This document shows positions 53,021 to 64,000 of a stretch of 64,000 nucleotides of DNA, in pieces; the first letter of the stretch is position 1; each line of letters begins with the position of its first letter. This stretch comes from an uncultured Acidobacteriota bacterium (lineage in GTDB: Bacteria; Acidobacteriota; Polarisedimenticolia; J045), in contig CAVPCQ010000009.1 of assembly GCA_963702425.1 (NCBI GenBank), forward strand, positions 1 to 64,000, given 5' to 3'. The notes under the pieces were generated by a model, which was not told the origin of the DNA, did no database searches, and was given only the letters and a program-made list of their open reading frames with translations. A program made the translations under genes and the position numbers.

Positions 53021-53665
53021 ATGCGCTGCGCGACCGCGGGACGGCTGGTCACGGAGCGGCGGGGCCGCCCGGGGCACCGCCTGCCCCCGATCCTCGAGGC
53101 GGAGCTGGCGCGGCACCTCGACGGGCTGCCCGGCCTGCGCCGCGGACGCGGCCCTGGAGACACGCCTGGCGCAACAGCTGACCCGCGGGGCGGCCGGCGC
53201 TGCGGTGCCGCCCGTCGACGTGCGGGCCCGCGTGCTGATCGCACTCGTGAGCGAGCCCCCGGTCGATCGCCGGGCCGTGAGCCCGCGACAGCTCGTCGCT
53301 GGGGGCGGTCGCCGGCGGCGCGCTGGTGGCCGCGGCAGCGCTCGTCGCGGCGTGGGTGGGACCGGTCGTCGCCGACCGGGTCGCCGACGCCGGTGTGGTG
53401 CCGCTCCTTGGCGGGTGGCTCGAGCACGGCGTGCGCACCGTGCGTGCGCTCGGCGTCGCAGCGATCGACACGCTGCGCGCCGTCTGGGTCGACCCTGGTC
53501 GAGCTGTTGAGGGCGATCCCGGTGGTCCGACGCGCCTGGTCCTTCGCCTTCGCGGCGCTCGGCCACCTCGCCCTGGCCTCGATGCTCATCCTGTCCGCCT
53601 GGTGGATCGGGCGCGACGTCCTGCGGCCGGCCCGAAGGTCGGCCCGTGAGGAGACCTCCCGATGA
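53021..53665 (+). CDS. putative zinc-finger (HxxxCxxC) membrane anti-sigma factor, frameshifted
   Basis: MRCATA N-terminus; cacctcgacgg(g)ctgcccggcctgc gives HLDG-CPAC after removing one base near 53125; hydrophobic segments in shifted frames downstream. Confidence 0.7.
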   Translation: MRCATAGRLVTERRGRPGHRLPPILEAELARHLDGLPGLRRGRGPGDTPGATADPRGGRRCGAARRRAGPRADRTRERAPGRSPGREPATARRWGRSPAARWWPRQRSSRRGWDRSSPTGSPTPVWCRSLAGGSSTACAPCVRSASQRSTRCAPSGSTLVELLRAIPVVRRAWSFAFAALGHLALASMLILSAWWIGRDVLRPARRSAREETSR

Positions 53666-54702
53666 CACGCTCCGCGCCCGCCCTGCTGCTCGTCCTCGCG
53701 TTCCTGCCGGTCTTCGCCCAGGCGCCGGAGACGGTGCCGGCTGCCGAACCGGACGCGACTCCCTCGGCGGCCGAAGAGCCCGAGTCGCCTGCGACGAGAC
53801 CCGTCCGCGAGCGGGTCGGGGTGCTCACCGAGATCGCGGTTGCGGCGGACGAGGTGGTGCAGGGCGACGTCGTCTGCATCGGCGGCAACGCCAGCGTGGC
53901 CGGACGCGTCACGGGCGACGTCGTCGTCGTGGGGGGGACGCTCGACCTGGCGGGAACGGTCGAGGGGGAGCTCGTCGCCGTGGGGTCCTCCGTCTCGTTC
54001 GGGCCGGACGCGTCGGTGCGCAACGACGTGGTCACCGTCGGAAGCCGCGTCGACGACGCCGGGCTCGAGTACGGCGGCCAACGGGTGAACGTGGTCCCGA
54101 TCTTCGGCATCCCGACCGCGCGCGGGGCGTTCGGCGTCTTCACGTCGATCCTGGGCTGGATGGCGCTGCTGCGCGTCTTCCTGGTCTTCATCGTGATCCT
54201 GGCCTACCTCGCGCTCGCGCCGCGCCAGGTCCACGAGCTGAGCGAGCGGATCGGCCTGGGCTACGTGCGCGCGCTGTTCATCGGCCTGGTCGCCCACGCG
54301 GCGCTCTTCGCGATCGGCCTGCTGCTGGCGATCACGGTGATCGGCCTGCCCGTGCTGCTGGCGCTGCTGTCGGCCTTCTGGCTGCTGCGGATCCTCGGTC
54401 GCGCCGGGCTGTTCCACGCCGTCGGTCTGGGGATCGGCCGTGGGTTGTCGCGCGAGATGTCGCTCGTCGGCGCGACGCTGCTCGGATTCGTGCCGTGGGC
54501 CCTGCTCGTCGTGCTGCCGTACTTCTTCGGCTTCGCCGGGCTGATCGTGGCGATCGCGGTGCGCATCGTGCTCTGGCTGCTGGTCGACTTCCCGGCGATC
54601 GGGGTCGTGCTGGAGTGGCTCTACGAGCAGCGCCGGACGCGGCCCTCGGCCGCGAGTCCGCCGCCCCCGCCGGCGCCGCCCGTCGTGCCGGTTTCGGCGT
54701 AA
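53662..54702 (+). CDS. membrane protein with N-terminal bactofilin / polymer-forming-cytoskeletal-like beta-helix repeats
   Basis: Signal peptide; VQGDVVCIGG / VTGDVVVVGG / VEGELVAVG / VRNDVVTVG repeats; then several transmembrane segments. Confidence 0.75.
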   Translation: MTRSAPALLLVLAFLPVFAQAPETVPAAEPDATPSAAEEPESPATRPVRERVGVLTEIAVAADEVVQGDVVCIGGNASVAGRVTGDVVVVGGTLDLAGTVEGELVAVGSSVSFGPDASVRNDVVTVGSRVDDAGLEYGGQRVNVVPIFGIPTARGAFGVFTSILGWMALLRVFLVFIVILAYLALAPRQVHELSERIGLGYVRALFIGLVAHAALFAIGLLLAITVIGLPVLLALLSAFWLLRILGRAGLFHAVGLGIGRGLSREMSLVGATLLGFVPWALLVVLPYFFGFAGLIVAIAVRIVLWLLVDFPAIGVVLEWLYEQRRTRPSAASPPPPPAPPVVPVSA

Positions 54703-54715
54703 CGGGAGCCGCCGG

Positions 54716-55793
54716 TCAGAGCAGCGCGGCCAGCGCCTCGCACGCGCTCGCGAAATGCCGCGGCCCGGTCGGACGGTCGCGCCCGCCCGGGAACCGCGCC
54801 AGCAGCGCGTCGAGCCGCCGGGCGGCGCCGGCCACGCGCTCCGGCGGCAGGTCCCCCAGGGCGATCCGGCGCGCGATCTCGTCGCGCGCACGGCGCGGGG
54901 CGTCGAGACCGTGGCAGAAGAGCGCCAGGTCGCAGCCCGCGTCGAGCGCGCGCCAAGCGCGCTCGCCCGGTCCCGCGCCGGTCGCGACGGCCCCCATCTC
55001 GAGATCGTCGCTGATCACGAGGCCGTCGAAGGCGATCCGTCCCCGGAGCCAGTCGCCGAGCAGCGTCCGGCTGAAGGTCGCCGGTTGCGGCGGGTCGCCG
55101 TCGATCGCCGGGTAGTGCGCGTGCGCCGTCATCACGAGCGGAGCGCGCGCGGCGAGCGCGCGGTACGGGTGGAGGTGCTCGTTCCAGAGCGCCGCGTCGG
55201 ACAGGGGCGAGGTGGCGAGCGCGAGGTGCGTATCGAGGTCGCTCCCGCCGAGCCCGGGGAAGTGTTTCAGGCAGCCGGCGATCCCCGCCTCCTCCAGCCC
55301 GTCGAGTACCGCTTCGGCCAACGCCGTGACGTGTTCGGGCCGAGTTCCGAATGAGCGGTCGCCGATCGCGTTGAGCCCCGGGCCGTCGTCGAGATCGACG
55401 ATCGGGTGGAAGTCGACGTCGAACCCGAGCGCGGCGAGCGCGCGCCCGACCGCGGCCCAGACCGCTCGCACCCGCACCGACGCCCCAGCCGGCCTGGACG
55501 CGGCCCGGTGGGAGGCGATGGAACAGCGGTTCGATCTCGCGCAGCCGGTTGACGCGGCCGCCCTCCTGGTCCACCGCCACGAACAGCGGCGCGCCCGCCG
55601 CCTCGCGCAGGCCGACGATCAGGTCGGCGGTCTGGCCCGGCGAGCGCAGGTTGCGGGCGAAGAGGATGACGCCGGCGGGGCGCAGTTCCTGGAGCGCGCG
55701 CGCCTCCTCCGCGGGGAGTTCCGGCCCCGCCAGCGCGGCGACGACGAGCCGCCCGGCGGCCTGATCATCGAAAACGGGGTCGCGATCGCGCAT
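54716..55793 (-). CDS. nagZ: beta-N-acetylhexosaminidase (GH3), frameshifted near 55480
   Basis: GVILFARN and VDQEGGRVNRL in one frame; AIGDRSF, CLKHFPGLG..DTH, MTAH and ISDDLEMGA in another. Confidence 0.88.
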
Positions 55794-56070
55794 CGCTCGA
55801 TTGTCCGGAGCCGCGGGGGGCGCGTCAACGCGCCCCGGACAGGCGGGGAGGCTCCGGGCACGCGAACGATCATGACCTCCGGGACGGCGTCGGTTATTCA
55901 GCGTGCTCGAGGCGCTATCCGTCTTTCATGCAGCAACTTAGCAAAGCCGCCGAACGTCCTGCGCGGCCGGTCGGGAAATCGAGGGGTTGCCGGGGGGGGC
56001 GCTCCGAGGTTATCTTCCGCCTCGGCTTTTTGCCTGCCTGACGAGTTCATCGACGACGAGGGCCCCCCGA

Positions 56071-56971
56071 GTGCTCTTCCGCCGCCAGTTCACCATCATG
56101 ATCCTGCCGGACGCCCACCTGCGGCTGCGCCGGCTTCACCTTCGCGGAGCCCACTTCTTCTGGGCCCTCGCGGTGCTCGGCGTCGTCGGCGGCCTCGCCG
56201 CGAGCGCGCCGCTGCTCGGCCTGTGGGCCGGCCAGCTCTCCGGACAGTTGGCCGAGGTGAGAGAGGAGCGGGACCGGCTCGCCGAGCGCTCGCAGGAAGT
56301 CGAATCGACGCTCACCGACCTGCGCCGCAAGGTCGACCAGTTCGAGCGCCGCACCGAGAAGATGGCCTCGCTGGCCGGGCTCGACATGACGAGCCTGTCG
56401 CGCAGCGGACTCGGGCAACCGAACGGCATCGCCAACATGGCGCCGGCGCTTCGTGCGGACGTACTCAAGAGCGAGGCCGAAGATCTCTCCGACCGCAGCG
56501 CGGTGCTCGAGCGCCGTCTCGACCAGGTCGAACAGGGAGCTCTCCGAGCGGTCCGAGCGGTTCGCGCGCGTCCCGTCGCTGCTCCCCGTTCCCGGCCTGA
56601 TCGGCGGCGGGTTCGGCTGGCGGCGCGATCCATTCACCGGGGCCAAGCAGTTCCACCGCGGCGTCGACCTCTCCGCTCCGACCGGAACGCTCGTCTTCGC
56701 GCCGGCCGACGGGATCGTGCTCGCCGCGGAGCGCGAGAGCGGCTACGGGAATGTCCTGACGGTCAGCCACGGCGACGGCATGGTCACCCGTTACGGTCAC
56801 CTCGCCCGGTTCAAGGTCAAGCCGGGCCACGAGGTTCGGCGCGGCGACGCGATCGCGGTCGTCGGCAGCACCGGCCGTGCGACCGGCCCGCACCTGCACT
56901 ACGAGGTGCTGCTCGAGGGGCGCCAGGTCGACCCGATGGCCTACATCCTCGACGAGGGCGCCGGCTTCTGA
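56071..56971 (+). CDS. M23 family metallopeptidase with transmembrane and coiled-coil N-terminus, frameshifted near 56535
   Basis: FTIMILP, transmembrane segment and coiled coil; then FGWRRDPFTG..FHRGVD, TRYGHL, GSTGRATGPHLHYEV. Confidence 0.9.
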
Positions 56972-57105
56972 ACCCGGGCTCCGCCCGCGCCCTTCCGCCG
57001 CTCCGATCCGCCGTCGGCCGCTCCACGGGGCGGCCGGTTTCGCGTGCACCCTTCGGCCATCCGGGCTAGCATCCACGCGTTTGCCACAGCCTTCGGAAGG
57101 TCAAG

Positions 57106-59835
<2,730 letters not shown>

Positions 59836-59836
59836 T

Positions 59837-60016
59837 CCGGCTTCGCCTCCGGCTACGCCGGACAAGCCCCCGTTCCGGCGCGGCTTCTGCCTCCGCTGCC
59901 TCCGATTCGCCTCCCTGTGCCGCCCTGGATTTGACCGGGGCCTGCTCGGGCACCAAGTTCGCCCCGTGCCTCGCCCGTCGCCGGGCCTGCCCGGCGTAGC
60001 CGAAGGCGAAGCCGGG
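59837..60016. repeat. inverted pair of family B palindromic repeats in the secA-SPFH intergenic region
   Basis: CCGGCTTCGCCTCCGGCTACGCCGGACAAGC (59837-59867) and GCCTGCCCGGCGTAGCCGAAGGCGAAGCCGGG (59985-60016) are near reverse complements. Confidence 0.8.
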
Positions 60017-60023
60017 AGGCCCG

Positions 60024-60995
60024 ATGCCCCTCACCCTCGAAGTCATCGAGTGGCGCCAGGACGACGGAACGGAGATCGTGCACCGGGTCGAGCCGGGCGG
60101 CGAGATCAAGCTTGGCGCGCAGCTCACGGTCACGGAAAGCCAGTGGGCGGTCTTCTTCAGGGACGGCCGGGCGTACGATGTCTTCGAGGCCGGCCGTCAC
60201 CTGCTCCACACGAGGAACATCCCGCTGCTGGTCGAGGTGCTGAAGCTCCCCTACGGCGGCCGCTCGCCGTTCCGCGCCGACGTCTACTTCGTCGCGCGCA
60301 AGCTGTTCGCGGACCAGAAGTGGGGAACGCGGGAGCCGGTCGTCTTCCGCGACCCGCAGTTCGGCATGCTGCGGCTCCGGGCGCACGGCCGCTACGCGAT
60401 CCACGTCGCCGACCCGCGGACGTTCGTCAACGTCCTGGTCGGCACGCTCGGCCGCTACAGCACGGCCGAGCTCGAGGACTACCTGCGCGAGGTGATCGTG
60501 GCCCGGCTGAACGACGCGCTGGGCGAGCTGGCCATCCCGCTGCTCGACATGCCCCGCCAGTACGACGAGATCGCCGAGGAGCTGAAGCGCCGGATCGCGC
60601 CGGACGTCGCGCGGCTCGGACTCGCGCTCGCGGCGTTCTACATCGGCGCGATCGTCCCGCCCGAAGAGGTCGCCAAAGTGATCGACGAGCGCTCGTCGAT
60701 GGCGGCGGTCGGCCTCGAGGGCGACTACCTGCGCTTCAAGGCCGCGCGGGCGCTGGGGGACGCTGCGGCCGGCACCGGCGGCGCGGCGGGCGAGGCCGCG
60801 GCCGGAGGGGCGGCGGCGGGAATGGGTCTCGGCGTCGGTGCGGGGCTCGGGATGGCCCTGCCCGGGATGCTGCGCGAGCTCACGGCGCGGGGGCCGACAG
60901 CGCCGCCGGCGGCTGTCGGATGCGTCCGCTGCCAGGCCACGCTGCCGCACGGCGCACGGTTCTGCCCGCAGTGCGGCGCGCCGCAGGGCGGCTGA
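60024..60995 (+). CDS. SPFH (band 7, YdjI-like) domain protein with C-terminal zinc ribbon
   Basis: IKLGAQLTVTESQWAVFFRDG, SPFRADVYF, KWGTREP..RD..FG.LRLRAHG, GMGLGVG.G.G, CVRC..FCPQCG. Confidence 0.88.
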   Translation: MPLTLEVIEWRQDDGTEIVHRVEPGGEIKLGAQLTVTESQWAVFFRDGRAYDVFEAGRHLLHTRNIPLLVEVLKLPYGGRSPFRADVYFVARKLFADQKWGTREPVVFRDPQFGMLRLRAHGRYAIHVADPRTFVNVLVGTLGRYSTAELEDYLREVIVARLNDALGELAIPLLDMPRQYDEIAEELKRRIAPDVARLGLALAAFYIGAIVPPEEVAKVIDERSSMAAVGLEGDYLRFKAARALGDAAAGTGGAAGEAAAGGAAAGMGLGVGAGLGMALPGMLRELTARGPTAPPAAVGCVRCQATLPHGARFCPQCGAPQGG

Positions 60996-61042
60996 CCGGC
61001 GCACGGCGCCGCAGGTGGACGGGGACGAGCCCCGCCGCATAG

Positions 61043-62542
<1,500 letters not shown>

Positions 62543-62679
62543 GGGGCCTCCGGCGGGGGGAATGCCGGGACCGGCCGCGGGGCAGATCCCGCCAGCTCCG
62601 GCGCACCCGGGCGCCGGTCGTCGCTCGCGGTTCCGCGCCGGGAGGGTAGAATCTCCCGGTTTGGGCGGGGACACGCGTG

Positions 62680-64000
62680 ATGATCGAACGGAGACAGGTG
62701 ATCGTGCTCGAGTCGGTGCGGCGCTTTCTGCGCCGTTCCGCCCACACGCACCTCGTCAACCTGCTCGCCAAGGTCCGTCCGCCCGACTTCGGGCCGATCT
62801 ACGAGAAGCTCTCCGAGCGCGAGCGGGTCGCGCTCTTCCGGCTGCTGGCCACGCGCGACCCCGAGCTGGGGGCGGGATTCCTGGTCGAGCTGCCCCACGA
62901 GACCGGGCCCGACCTGCTGCGGCTGCTCGGCCCGGAGTCCGCAGCGCGCCTGCTCGAGAAGTGCGCCGAAGACGATGCCGCCGACCTGCTGGCGCGCCTC
63001 GACGACGAAGAGAGCCGCCAGGTCCTCGACGGGATGCGGCCGGAGGAGAAGGCCGGCGTCGAGAAGCTGCTGATCTACGCCGACGAGACCGCCGGGCGGA
63101 TCATGACCCCGGACGTCTTCAGCCTCCACGAGGAGACGACGGTCGAGAAGGCGACCGCCGCGCTGCGCTCGCGCGAGAGCATCGAGATCGCGTTCTACCT
63201 CTACGTCGTCGACGACCGCAAGCACCTGGTCGGAGTGGTCTCGCTGCGCGAGCTGCTGCTCAATCCCGCCGACACGAAGCTGAAGGACATGATGAACGCC
63301 GACCTGATCACGGTCCGCACCGATGCGGACCAGGAAGAGGTCGCGCGGATCGCCTCGAAGTACGACCTGCTCGCGATCCCGGTCGTGGACGAGCAGGGGC
63401 GGCTGGCCGGCGCGGTGTCGATCGACGACGTGATCGACGTCCTGCGCGAGGAGGCGACGGAGGACATCCTCCGGATGGCCGGCACCTCGGAGGAAGAGCG
63501 GATCCAGCCGTCGATCGGCAAGTCGGTCCGGACCCGCGCTCCGTGGCTGGCGGCGACCTTCGTCGGCGGGCTCGCGGCGGCGGTGATCATCTACCGGCTG
63601 TCGGGGATCCTCGCCGGGTTCGTCGGGCTCGCGGCGTTCTTCCCGATCATCCTCGGGACCTCCGGTTCGGCCGGGAACCAGTCGGCGACGGTGATCATGC
63701 GCGGCCTGGCCACCGGCCGGATCCGCGAGGGGATGTACCTCGCGACGCTGACCCGCGAGGCCGGTGTCGGTGCGCTGCTCGGTCTCGCCTACGGGTTGCT
63801 GCTGGTGCTCGGCTCCTCGCTGATCGTCGGGAGCGCGGGGATCTCGGCGCAGGGCGTGGGCGGCGTCGTCCGTGTCGCGATCGTGATCGGCCTGTCGCTC
63901 GCGCTCTCGATCGTCACCGCGACGATCCTCGGATCCGTCGTGCCGCTCGTGCTCCAGCGACTCAAGCTCGACCCGGCGACCTCGACCAACCCCCTGGTCA
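62680..64000 (+). CDS. mgtE: magnesium transporter MgtE (3' end truncated by the window)
   Basis: Open frame from ATG 62680: DDAADLL, YADETAGRIMT, YLYVVD, KYDLLAIPVVD, IDDVIDVLREEATEDI, R.PWL, KLDPA. Confidence 0.93.
   Translation, partial: MIERRQVIVLESVRRFLRRSAHTHLVNLLAKVRPPDFGPIYEKLSERERVALFRLLATRDPELGAGFLVELPHETGPDLLRLLGPESAARLLEKCAEDDAADLLARLDDEESRQVLDGMRPEEKAGVEKLLIYADETAGRIMTPDVFSLHEETTVEKATAALRSRESIEIAFYLYVVDDRKHLVGVVSLRELLLNPADTKLKDMMNADLITVRTDADQEEVARIASKYDLLAIPVVDEQGRLAGAVSIDDVIDVLREEATEDILRMAGTSEEERIQPSIGKSVRTRAPWLAATFVGGLAAAVIIYRLSGILAGFVGLAAFFPIILGTSGSAGNQSATVIMRGLATGRIREGMYLATLTREAGVGALLGLAYGLLLVLGSSLIVGSAGISAQGVGGVVRVAIVIGLSLALSIVTATILGSVVPLVLQRLKLDPATSTNPLV

Overview
Very GC-rich, gene-dense bacterial chromosomal window. 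A GWxTD protein, an LpxL-type acyltransferase and fused CcoNO are compatible with a diderm such as Acidobacteriota; the taxonomy is inference only. Most genes are housekeeping: gltX, tsaC/sua5, truA, ispH, ftcd, rarA, divergent pyrK-pyrD-pyrF and pyrR-pyrB-pyrC-purC blocks, secA, guaB and a partial mgtE. There is a complete cbb3 oxidase operon (ccoNO-Q-P-G-H, a TauE/DsbD-like gene, ccoI, ccoS) divergent from an FNR-type regulator, with two FNR boxes between them. The strongest candidate for an undescribed system is around this operon. It is headed by a small stand-alone cNMP-binding-like ORF translationally coupled to ccoN, and about 2 kb away lies an aspartate ammonia-lyase fused to a cNMP-binding domain. 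Other points of interest: two families of short palindromic repeats (one supplies stop codons and forms a tandem array, the other lies in frame in the CcoNO and CcoP tails), a secreted dehydrogenase with a Cys-bracketed C-terminal module, an ECF sigma/anti-sigma/beta-helix membrane protein triad with a likely autoregulatory promoter, a Tat-signal ATC-hydrolase-family protein, and a 773-aa unknown overlapping truA. Many single-base frameshifts (dense in 1-6.7 kb, sporadic at 46.5 and 53-56.5 kb) look like assembly indel errors. No rRNA, tRNA, CRISPR array, transposase or prophage gene was recognised.
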